Source: Lama guanicoe
Lineage: Eukaryota
Assembly (NCBI GenBank): GCA_013239625.1
Contig: MU054400.1
Location: 3,355,032-3,419,031, forward strand
Direction: 5' to 3'
Length of the DNA stretch: 64,000 nucleotides
The position numbers were made by a program, and so were the translations under genes. Below are positions 36,113 to 48,149 of the stretch, one piece after another; position 1 is the first letter of the stretch; each line of letters opens with the position of its first letter. Below the pieces are notes generated by a model, which was given only the letters and a program-made list of their open reading frames with translations, did not search any database and had not been told where the DNA came from.

Positions 36113-39100
36113 TACAGTTATGCAGCTAAAACATCATCAATCTCTTAGATTTTTAGAAAAAAGTTAGATTAAAAGAAGAAATATTTGCCTTTCAAATGAC
36201 AACTATTCTCTTTCTTTTGAAAAATTATAATTGATTCCACCTTGACTTTGGTGTTTCAAATTCTCAGACCATCCCAGGTGAATCTTAAAAGAGATGGAAA
36301 GCTAGCTGAAGCAAAGGAGAGGGAGAGAAGTGAAGAGAGAAAGCAAGAAAAACCTCTTGCCACAATTGCTTATCTTCTTCCTGGAGACTCTCACAAGGAG
36401 AAATGACTGTGGAGATGCAAAGATGAGACAGATCTGCTCCAAAGCCATGTACCGCCCTGTTACCAGGGCGGGAGAAATCAATCAGGACTACAGAGGCCGG
36501 CTCCTCAGTGATGGGGCACAGTGGCCACATCACAGGGTCTCCCGACAGGCAGCAGGAGCACAAACTCCACGCAGGTGGGTGAGTGGGGAGGCAAGCACTG
36601 TTCAGGAGATCTACGCACAGCAGAATCCCAACCTGTCCCCTGCCACCACCACCACCAAGGAAAACAGACTGGCATAAAATGAAATTGGTTTCAGGAAGGC
36701 CAGCCCCTACACTGAGGGGCAGAGCAAAGACCCAGTTCTACCCAGGAAGCTGAATACTAAAAAATTAATCGGTTTGAACTAAGGGACAGAGTTTAAAGAA
36801 AAAGCCTAGTCTCATAAGCTGTAGGTCAGTAAGGAAAGGGACAGAGAGAAGCTGACTTAGGGGCAACAAAGAAGCCCAGGATCAAGCCAGAAAAGCTCCC
36901 AGACAGCAAGCAGACTTGGAGCAGCGCTGGTATCAGATGCTGGTAAGCACTTTCAAGATTGAGAAGCACAATGTGGAAGGCAAGCTCCTGGAAACTCAGG
37001 AGAAATTCCATAATAAAGAATGCTCAGGGCTCTAAACACAGAAACTAATTTGGGACTGTCGGTTCTTGGTCTTGGCTCTCTCATATGCTGTGACATGACC
37101 TCTGTTCACGTTCTGCATCACCCATCCTATACGCAGGAGTGGACTAGTCTCATCCTCTGATGCCACTCCTGCACCTCACAGTGGCCCCGGTATTTGACCC
37201 CTGTTTCCGCAGATCCCAACAAAATCACGTTCCTAGCCCAGCTTCCTGAAGGCCTACACTGCAGCTGAACTATTCCGTACATCCTGCAATGGTAACGGGG
37301 CCGTGGGTGCAAACTTATGGTGGGGAGGGGGGCCGGGGGGAGAGGAGAGATCAGCACATGTGGGTTCAAGGAGCTGGGGGATGCTCGGATGGGGAAAGAG
37401 AAGGGAGGGTACCGCCCCCAGCACTCCACTGAACGCAGCTCTCACCGGCTCTGTAGATGTTCTTCCACACAAGTAAAAGCCCACCTTGGGAATAGTGCCC
37501 CTTCTCTCTACGCCCCCTGTACCCTGCACATTCTGTCTGCGTCTCACATGCAGCTGAAACCATCTACTCGTCAGCCTGTCTTCCCAGCACTAACTCATAA
37601 GTGCCTTAAGTCAGGAACTGTGACTTACCCATCTCAGTGCCTCCTGTCAGCTCCCCGCAGCCCTGAACAAACGTTCGCTCGGCTCTTTATGAGAAGCCAC
37701 GAGGTTGACAAGATCGTCGATTTTTACATGACCCAATCCCACTGACCTCAGTGAAAAAAACTTAAGGCATAGGATCAATCGTAACAATTTAGTTTTACTT
37801 TTATTAATAATTCCAAAAGATGCCTTGAGCACTTGACAGCTTAGGAAGTGCCTCCACATACATTATCTCACAATCACCTTCACTTAAGAGAAAGGCTTTA
37901 CGGTAATTTGCCCTAGGGTTATGAGACAATCCCTTTACATCGGCAGATAGGAATTCAAACATTATTTCAACCATAAAAGATGTCTAGCCAGCACTTACTT
38001 ATTTTCCACCACTATCACTTTGTTTTCTCACCACCACTTCCGTGTTGTCCTCATCTTCTTCGCACGTTCACTTCTCTGCCCTGTTTCTGTTTCATTCTAA
38101 CAGCTGTTCCACATACACCTGCCCGAAGAGCCTTCTCTTTGGGATTTTATTTTTACAGGTAAAGGTAACTAAGCTAAAAACAATTCAACGAGAAACACTT
38201 CATTCTAAAAGAGAAGAGCATTTTAGTTCAAAAACAAATCCTCCTCATGCTGCTTCAAGAAAAATGTCAAATTTTCACCCAAAAGGCATTCTCACAGCAC
38301 AAATCACTGAAATTGTCTGTTGTATGATGTCATTATGATGCAGGGAAGGTTTGTAATTCTGCTTCATTCCGATTCAGAAAGTTTTCTGGCCATCCTTATG
38401 TTGAACTGTTAAGCACTGCACAAAATTAAACCAAAAACATTCACCGGCTCCCTCAAATGTACCCCATCCAGTGCCACACCCGGCTACAGGTCCCCAGCTC
38501 TGTGACCTACACAAGCACGAAAGAGTCAAAGCCGCAGTCAGAAATCCTGGCTCGGAGCCCTACTCCTCCACGGACCAGCGCCGCGACCCTGTGCAAATCA
38601 CTTACTTCTCTGCAAGCACTGGGTTTTCTCAAGGGTAAAGCAGCCCCACCAGCTCACAAAGTTGTCTGGCTCAAGTCAGAGAGGAAAGGTGAAGGCATTT
38701 TAAACTCTTCAGCTGTACAAACATAACATGCTGCTATGACGTTAATAAAACCTACCTTGTTAACAAAAAAAAGTAAATCAATCTTTCTCAATTCCTGAAG
38801 AACCCAGGTGATGGGCTGCCCCAAGTCAAGAGGGCTGAAAACATCGCCTTACCTTTGTAACTCGGGAGCCTCCCTCAACCCTGCACTCTTCTGAGGCTAA
38901 ACATACCCTGGGAGAGAATTTCTGAACCTTATGCACAAACAGAAAAATATTCCAATGCCCAAATTATCAGAAATTTGTGACTTGCTGATTGTGTCTTTCT
39001 TGGGTTGAAATGTTAGGTCTATGGTGAAAGAAAATCTGTCTACACAAATATCGGAGAGTATTTCATTTATATAACTTGATTCCTATCTCACAAGAGATAC

Positions 39101-39699
39101 ATAGCATTAACCAAATATCACATAGTAAACAGTATTATGCATGGAAAATACAAGTAACAATTTTTTTCAGTCTTAAGTGACCACAGCATACACAGAAGTA
39201 CTTGCACACACAAGCACACACAACATGCACACACAGGGTTAGTGTACAGAATATCAGAAAGAGATTATTTATCTATTTGGGGGAAAAAAAAAAGGAAAGA
39301 AACTTGCTAACTTACTGATAGTCTGTTGGGAAAAAAATATATACCTAACCTGCCTCTGGGAAATAGTCACTAACTCCTAACTTATTCTGGTGATGATCTA
39401 AAAACATTTCTTACATGTAACGAGAGGGGGTCAAATGGTTAAATCCCCAAATAATGCAGAATGGCTTCAAAAACTGAAACCATTCCTTTTCCATACTTTC
39501 ACTTAATCACTTGGAAGATGCAAGATATAATGAAAGTACAGGGGAATCTGTAGTTAGACCTGGATATGTTCATCTCTGAGCCTTGATGTACATACATGTG
39601 ATTTACACAAATACCATTTGCCTCTGATCATTTTCAGTAGAACATCAGAACCTCTGAGAAAATAATCCAATTTAATAGAAATTCAGAATGGGCATGCAC

Positions 39700-39870
39700 A
39701 CTGGGGGTCCCAAGACCACCCCAGGTTCACTGATTTGCTAGGAAGATTTACAGGGTTCGGCACACAGTTATACTCAAAGCGATGACTTATTACAGTGAAA
39801 GGATACGAAGCAAAATCAACCAAGAGAAAAGGCGCATGGGGCAAAGTCCAGAGAAAGCCAAGGCCAGGCA
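39700..39870 (-). mobile_element. MER21-like LTR fragment
   Basis: ggggtcccaagaccacccccaggttcactgatttgctagg...tattacagtgaaaggatacgaagcaaaatcaacc...ggcgcatggggcaaagtccagag. Confidence 0.75.
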
Positions 39871-41029
39871 AGGGCAGCGGCTAAGAGGCAGGGAAGTCAT
39901 CAGAGCTTTCAGCAATTTCAAAGGGTTGGAGGCAAAAGCTGGAGGTCAGAGCTGCCAAGTTTCCTGAAAGAAGGGAGCCAGAGAGATGCGCGCTGGAGAG
40001 GCATCCGACAGACCCTCACGGAACGCGGCGCGAGGGGCTGAGAAGCAGAGCAGAAAGCAGCAAAACCAGACAGTGATGGAATCTGGTGCAGTCTTGTGGT
40101 GCTGAGTTGAGGGGAAGCCCTGGGCCTTCAACTGTGACCCCTGGAGGGCTGCAGCTTAGAAAGGCGGGAGGGCTGAACCAAGAATTCAACACATCTCGTA
40201 CATTTGCAAACCCCCCTCAAGTCTGCTCGGCTCCTCACTAAACTGGGGCGATCCGCTATACTCCACGGCCTGCCAGAGGACAGAATGAGTCCTCTTGGAA
40301 GAAAATGTGTTCTTCTTTATTCTGATATACTATATGATTATTCTGAAGTCTCATATAGACACTTAAGTGAAAAAAACATTTCATTCTTCCAAGAGGCTAC
40401 CATAATATTTATCTATATATTTGACACATACATTTCTCTCTGTATATTTGGTCATCAAATTTCTTGTACAGCCAGGTTTTAGAGACTAACATTGCTGACT
40501 TGACACCCATTTGGATCTCAATGATACAGATCATTTCCTTTACTTAAGATATGCCTCAAAGCTTTCAATACAATCAAATCTGGCCTGGGGTCCTACAGCG
40601 TTCACAGAAGTCCCAGACTTATTTTTCTAGATAATTTCCATCTCCTCTGTATCTGTGGGTACAACAGCATTTCACGGACTTAGTACAAAAGTACACATCT
40701 TCATTTTTAGTTATGAGCAACTACGATTTCCAGTGGACTTGAAGTTTGATATTCAATTACATGGCATGATTTATCTGCCCAGAAAATATTTCAATAGCAA
40801 TTAGAGCTGTAAGAATTTTCTAAGTGGTAGTAACACACGATTCTCAGAAATGCAAACCAGACTCAGACATGTGCATCACAGCCAGTAAAAAGGAAGAGCC
40901 TTTTCTAACATTAGCTTGATTAAATGGTAAACTGTACATTAAAAATAAAGCACATTTGTTCCAGTAAACTTGACCACATAGCTAGGTATTAGATATTGCT
41001 GTTGACAACTGACCACAAATGCTCCATAT

Positions 41030-41457
41030 TGACAGAGACCCTCTCCTTGACCAAACGTGAGTCAGGGTCCTCTGAGTCCTCTTTCCGACTAGGAGCTGAC
41101 CTGGGGCTCTGTACATGGTTCAGTGGCTCTGCCTGCTTACCCCAGGTTTAGCAAGAATCCTGCTTAGTCAGCGAATCCCCCACTCTGAGCATCTGATCAC
41201 CCTGGTGTGCTTTCAGCAAAAATTCTGTCAAGTCAACTTAGCCAGAATCTCCCTTACCCTAGCTGCTTCCTCTTAGCCATTTTCCAACCACCAATCCCTG
41301 ATTCTACTCCTCGGCTGTACATCCTCACTTTTCCTTACTGTATTCAGCGTTGAGCCCACCTCTCCCCTATCGCAGAGCCCCACTGCGGCCGTCCTCCTGA
41401 GGAAAGTCTGCCTTCTGGGTTCTTCAAAAAGTGTCATGAATAATTTTTTCTTTAACA
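41030..41457 (+). mobile_element. ERV1 solo LTR (MER31-like)
   Basis: TG..CA termini: tgacagagaccctctccttgaccaaacgtgagtcagg...tttagcaagaatcctgc...gaataattttttctttaaca. Confidence 0.75.
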
Positions 41458-41884
41458 GCATCAATTTAATTTTCTCAGAAGAAAACGTCCTTATATGTTT
41501 ATAAATAAACACTAGCTTCACACAAAGAATGCAGGGAGGTTAATATTTCATTCTATGTTAAGAGTCTGTAGCAATCAATCTTTCTGTACTCCTTTACCAA
41601 TAACTTCCAGGTACCTTCTCTTAGAACTCTAGGGTCAGGGACAGAGCCTTCAACCAAGGAACATTATGATGCTAACTGGTCCACAGACCTGTATTCATTC
41701 CCTATATCTTAGTAGAAATGTACTCTACACTTATCAAAACACATCAGATTGAATTTTCAAAGAAGAATTACACAAAGTAGAACTAATGCTAAGCAAGTTT
41801 TAAAGGCTTTCTTCAGCTTATTTATTTTATTAGACGCATTAGGAAAACTTTCTCATCAACTTTTGTAATGTCCATGCTGTGTGC

Positions 41885-42228
41885 ACAAAAGGGAATTAAA
41901 TACTGAAACATGTTACAACAGGGATGGATCTCAAAACTGAAGCTAAGTGAAGGACGCCAGACCTAAAAGGTCACACACTATATGACCCACTTATTGACAT
42001 CTGGATTAGGTGAAACCACAAAGGCAGAGAGCAAATCAGTGGTTCCAAGGGCTGGAAATGCTGCTTAATGGGTGTGACAGTCTCCCTTGGGGGTGATTAA
42101 AACAAAAGTGCTGGCACTAGACAGAGGTGACTGATGGCTGCACGAACCTGTGACACACTAAATGCCATTAAACTGTTCACTTTAAAATGGTTAATTTTAT
42201 GCTGTGTGAATTTCATCTGAACTTATAA
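41885..42228 (+). mobile_element. L1MB-like 3' end
   Basis: ggatggatctcaaaactgaagctaagtgaaggacgccagacc...gttcactttaaaatggttaattttatgctgtgtgaatttcatct. Confidence 0.8.
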
Positions 42229-42530
42229 AAACAGGTCCCAATGCTGTTTGATTATAAGCTAGTAGGCTTTATTTAAACACAGGTATATTTTTATTACAAT
42301 AAAACACTGCATAGAGTTTAGTATTTTTCAACTTGACTCTCCCATAATGTTCAAAACACACTTAAAACCACATGCCTAATATCCTGAAATTTAATCACCT
42401 CACAATATCCTAATGAGAAGTACTGTTAAATGTTTCATCAGTTCTCAAATGAGGGTCCCTGAAAAGACTATTAAATAGTTCAGGTAACAGGTAGAATAGA
42501 CTTTTGCTAAGTTCGAATACACTACGTGGC

Positions 42531-43002
42531 TGTGTGGTCAGGCCGCTCTCTTGCTCTCCCTACATGCTCTGCTTGGTCAAGACCCTGCCTCACCCACATC
42601 CTACTCACATGACTGACCTTCCCTCTTAATCACTCAGCTTAATCAGCAACTGGCTTCCCACCGCGGCCCCCCAGCCCCAGCTGGTGACTGTTCTTTTAGG
42701 TCAGAATGGTGCCACCTGCTAAGTTTATCAAAGGGGCAACAAGGGACGCCCCTCTGCTGATTATCCCTGGTAATCATTGAGCCGACCTGATGGCAACTCC
42801 TCCCCTAACTGGAAACACCCACCCCCACTCTAGCAAAGACTGCTGCCATGTCCTGCCTGCCATCTACTCTCCAGGACCTCGCATCGGACACGATTCCCTA
42901 TCAAATAAACCACTGGAGTCTGTGTCGCTGTCTCTAGGCCCTTTCTTCCTTCCTGACTCTGGCAAATCACAAGGCTTACAGACTATAGGGCACAGCCCAA
43001 CA
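42531..43002 (+). mobile_element. Probable solo LTR (family not recognised)
   Basis: GC-richer ~470-bp island in an AT-rich intron with TG...CA ends and AATAAA about 100 nt before the end. Confidence 0.55.
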
Positions 43003-44039
43003 AGCTCTAAGTTTTTAAATGAGTTCTAGCCACGTTCCCAGCTTTGACCTAAAAGAAACACACCCCCTAGGAAAGACAAAATGCAGACATAGTGTTGTAC
43101 GAAATGGAATTTTTATTATGCAACAAATACAACTGGGCAAAATTAAAATGATTTATGTGTGGTAATTTCCAACGAATGCCCTAAGAATATAAAACATAAT
43201 TATTTTCAACCACAGGCATCACTGGAAAGGAAGTTCTATAACTTACGGTAAACACAGTAGATCTCAAAAGCCACTAAGGCAACAGAAAAAAAAAAACTTT
43301 TATTAAAGGATAAACCCATTAAAAAAAGAAAAGCGGAGAGGAAATAATAGCAAAGAAGAGACATCAACAAAGTGTTGGAAGATGGGTGAAATTAATGGGC
43401 TTGAGTTCTAACTTGTTCTCCTTTGCTAAGTATCCACAGGTGGGGAAGCCGAGAAGAAAATGCTAGTTTGTATTCCCTAGAAAAGTTCAGGAACTGAAGG
43501 TAATGTTATCGGGGGAACTGAAAACAGAATTGGTTAAAAGGTTTTATAAACAGCAATTAGACCTTTAGATTCCCTTGCTTGGGCCATCCCCTAGTTCAAA
43601 GAGATGGAAAGCTGACTTTCCAAAGACTTACCAGAGAGGCGATTCGCTTAAGGCCAAAAGGCAGAAATGGGGTGTAGGAGAGGAGAGTAAGGGAAAGTGG
43701 GCTCAAAGTAAGTCCTACTGGGCTCCCACAATGCTGGCTACTGGACGTATGCCCTTGCGCAATATTTCTCGATTTTTAAAAACCACCCTCCCAAGAATTT
43801 TTTTTAGAGTTTTTCCCCCCATCCCCTCTTAATTAACTACAATTAAGAACTGAAAAGATAAATTTCACACTTACACCCCACTGAAGAGAACACGGGTAAA
43901 TTAAAGGTTGATTAGAAAAAACATCCAGAAAAAAAGCACAGAGACAAAAGGACAGAACTTATTCATGAGAGTGAAAGACACAGAAGATGCAGTGAGAAAG
44001 TCAAACTTAAAAGTAAAGTCTTCTAACCAGTCAGAAGGC

Positions 44040-44280
44040 TTTTGGAGCAGAGGAGGCAAGAGATGATGGCAGCCTGGACCACTGTAATGACAGAGGTGGT
44101 GAAGAGAAATACAAAGATCTCAGAAATATTTTGGGGGTGGAATCAAAAGTCCTGGATGGCAGACTGGATTAAGGGTAAGGGAGAGAAAAGGAGATGCCAA
44201 GAATAGGCTTATCTGACATAAGCAAATGGGTGGGGGGTGGGTAGATATGGATGAACAGGTTTGAGAAGAGGTAGGGGAAT
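44040..44280 (-). mobile_element. L2 fragment
   Basis: gcaagagatgatggcagcctggacc...gaggtggtgaagagaaa...atattttgggggtggaatcaa, purine-rich antisense L2. Confidence 0.6.
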
Positions 44281-44282
44281 GA

Positions 44283-47060
44283 AAGTGATTTACCTGATAC
44301 AGAGTTCAAAATAACGGTCATAAAGATGCACACCAGAGTTAGGAGAACAATGCATGAACAAAGTGAAATTCCAACAAAAAGATGGAAAATACAAAAAATT
44401 CCCAAACAGAATTCACAGAGCTGAAGAATATAATAACTGAACTGAAAAACTCAATTCAAGGGTCCAACAGCCAACTAGATCAAGTGGAAGAAAGGATCAG
44501 CAAACTTGGTAAGGGCCGTAGAAGTCACCCAAACAGAGCAGCAAAAAGAAATAATGAAAAAGAGTGAAAATAGCTTAAGATATACATTGTAGTTCCCAGA
44601 AGGAAAAGAGAGAAAAGGGGGCAGAAAGTTTACTCAGGAATTGATGGCTGAAAACTTCCCTAACCGAGGAAAAGAAATAGACATCTGACAATCAGATCTA
44701 GGAAGTCTAGGGAGTACTAAAAAAGATAAATCCCAAAACACCCACATCAAAACACACTGTAATTAAATTGTCAAAAGCTAAAGACAAGGAGAATCTTTAA
44801 AGTAGCAAGAGAAAAGAAAACCCGTTACATACACAGGAACCCAGATAAGACTGTAACATTTTCAGCAGCCACCTTGCAGGCTACAAGGGAGTAAGATGAT
44901 GTATGCAAAGTGCTGAAAGAAAAAAAACTGCCAACCAAGAATAGTCTACCCGGCAAAGCTATCCTTCAGAACTGAAGGCGAGATAAAAGTTTTCTAGATA
45001 AATAAACGATGAAGGAGTTCATCAGGGAGTTCTTCAAGCTGAAACAAAAGGCTACTAACTAGTAACGGGAACATACATGAAAGCATGAAACTCACCAGTG
45101 AAGGTAAACATACAGTTCAATTCAGAATGTTCTAATGTTGCAGTGGTGATGGGTAAATCACAAACCTAGCATGCAGGTTAGAAGACTCAAGTATTAAAAA
45201 TAGTTACAGCTACAACAATTTGTTAATGGATATACAAACCAAAAAGATGCAAACCGTGACATTAAACATAAAATGTGAAGGAGGGGGAAGCTTTGGTATG
45301 GATTTAAAGTTAAGTAATTATCAGCTTAAAATAGAAATTCTAAATTTAAGATGTTTTGTGTAGGCCTCAATGCAATGCCAAAACCTACAATAGATACACC
45401 AAAGATAAAGAAATCAAAGCCACCACTACAGAAAACCATCAAGTCACAAAGAAAGAGAGCAAGAGAGGAAGACAGGCACAAAGGAATTACAAAACAACCA
45501 GAAAACAACTAAATTGGCAATAGTAGGTCCACACTTCTCAATAATTACTTTTAATGCAAATGGACTAAATTCTCCAATCAAAAAACAGTGTGGCTGAATG
45601 CATAAAAAAACAAGACCCAACATATGTTGCCTACAAGAGACAACTCATTTCTCAGACTGAAAGCGAAGTAATGAAAAAATATATTTGATGCTAATGAAAA
45701 CGAAAAGAAAGTAGGGGTAGCTATACTTATACAAGGAGGGGGAAAAAAAACAAAAAGCCAGACTTTAAGCCAAAGATGGTAACAAGAGGAGATAAGGCCA
45801 TTATATAATAATAAAAGGATCAATTCATCAGGAGGATATAACAATTGTGAATATTTATGCACCCAACATAGAAGAACCTAAATACACAAGGCCAATATTA
45901 ACAGATCTGAAGGAGGGAACAGACAGCTATACAACAACAGCAAGGGACTTCAAATACCCACTTTCAATTTGGATAGATCATCCAAGACAGAAAATCAGTC
46001 TGAAAAACAACTGGAATTAAACACACAGACCAGACATCCAACAGCAAAAGAATACATATTCTTCTCAAGCACACACGGAACATTCCAGGATAAATCATAC
46101 CTTAGGCCATAAACAAGTCTTAATAAAGTTAAGAAGAATGAAATCATATCAAGGCCAACCACAATGACATAAAACTAGAAACTGTTCAGAAAAAGAAACT
46201 GGAAAATTCACAAATACATGGACATCACACAACATGTTCCTGAACAACCAATGAGTCAAAGAGAAATTTAAAAAAATACCTTGAGAGAAGTGAAAATGGA
46301 AACACAACATACCAAAGCTGATAAGATGCAGGAAAAGCAGTTGTAAAGGGAAGTTTGTAGCAATAAATGCCCATGTTAAGCAAAAGGAAAGATCTCGAAT
46401 TTACAACCTACTTTTACACCTCAGGGAACCAGAAAAATGAGAACTAAGCCCAGAGTTAGCAGAAGGGAGAAAACAACAAAAATTAGAGCAGACACAGATG
46501 GAACAGAGACTAAAAGACAAGAGGAAAGAGAATGAAATTAAGAGCTAATTTTCTGAAAAGATAAAATAGATAAACTGTTAACTAGATTCTCCAAGAAAAG
46601 GAGAGGACTCAAAAAAATTAAATTATAATGAAAGAGGAGACATTACAACAGATCTCACAAAAAAAAACAAAGGATCATTAAGAGACTACTATGAACAAAT
46701 ACATACCAACACATCAGAAAACCTATAAGAAATGGAAAAAATTCCCAGAAACATACAGACTACCAAGACTGAATCACAAAGAAATACACAGAAAATCTGA
46801 ACAGAACAAGTACCAGCAAGGAGACTGAGTCAATAATCAAAAAGCTCCCAACAAAGACAACCTCAGGGCCAGACAGCTTCAGTGGGGAACTCGACCAAAC
46901 ATTTAAAGGAGAAATAATATCAATTATTTTCAAACTTTTCCCAAATTAGAAGAAGAGGGAACGATTCCAAATTCACTTTACAAGGCCAGCATTACTCTGA
47001 TAATGCTGTATACTTTAAATATCTTACAATTTTATTTGTGAATTTTACCTCAATAAAGTG
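44283..47060 (+). mobile_element. L1 with ORF1, ORF2 endonuclease/N-terminal half and 3' terminus (internally deleted, degenerate)
   Basis: ORF1-like peptide (TELKNIITELKNSIQGSNSQLDQVEERIS). EN start at ataattacttttaatgcaaatggactaaattctccaatcaaaa (~45541). ORF2 continues to caaggccagcattactctgata (~47002), then jumps to the L1 tail ...ttacctcaataaag. Confidence 0.9.
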
Positions 47061-47987
47061 GGGGAGGGGGGAGAAGAATGCATGAAATAGCTCTAAAGGA
47101 GGCTTCTAAACATCACTGAGAACAACCGACAATCATATCTGGTTCCATTTAGCAAGTGCTTTGAAGTGTAGAGAATTCAAGTGATCACTGTCCCAATTAT
47201 CGCTATAAACAACAGAGTTCCAACTGATGTTTTACTATACTTAAACTGCTAAATATACATGTATATACATATATGATACATATATATATACATATACCAG
47301 AGCTTGGCAACGAAATAACAAACCTGATGTCACTGTCTAACGACAAAAATCATGAGCGTCCTAAAAAACGGAACTTTTCTTACCCATATGTATCAAACTA
47401 TAAAAAGCTAAACTCTGGTATGATAATTAAGAATTATGATACTGAATTATCTCTGAGCCTCTAACAGATCAAATTTTAGATACACTGAATTTTAGGAGCA
47501 AAACTTCACCTATTTAGAAGAACACTTGGCAGATGTAGTTAAATTTTCAAAGGGACACTAAATTAGCTGTTTCTAGTAGATGTAACCAGAAGGTTATTGG
47601 GAAGCCATCTGCTGTGTCGAGGTTATCAACAAGATTTCTTTTGAAGTATGAATCCTATCTCCGCATCCTCTTAATTTACATATTATCTGATATGAGAAAC
47701 TGTTTTCCACATTGCTTAATTTTGGGTTAAAAGTAAACCATTAAGATCACTAAAACAGTATTCCAAATATAGGGATATTTCATTAAAATTTCATCCAAAT
47801 ACCATCATTAAAAGAATCAAGAATATTATCACATTTTGGAACAAACACTAGATGTGCAAGTTTGATTATATTAATTCTAAAATGCTCTTGGCTGTCAAAA
47901 TTTCTGTGCCTTTCCTCCATTTAGCTAATTTAATAAAGTCTAACAGTATACTGCCGTGTAACAGAAGAATAAAACAAGTGTGTCTTA

Positions 47988-48149
<162 letters not shown>

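Noticed and set aside
37629..37662. Another possible cryptic exon (strong gtaagt donor) in the last intron
   Set aside because: Poor pyrimidine tract at the nearest acceptor; weaker than the two candidates reported.
38560..38585. REST/RE1-like motif ccacggaccagcgcc
   Set aside because: The left half-site is missing, the spacing is off, and it lies within a MIR-like segment.
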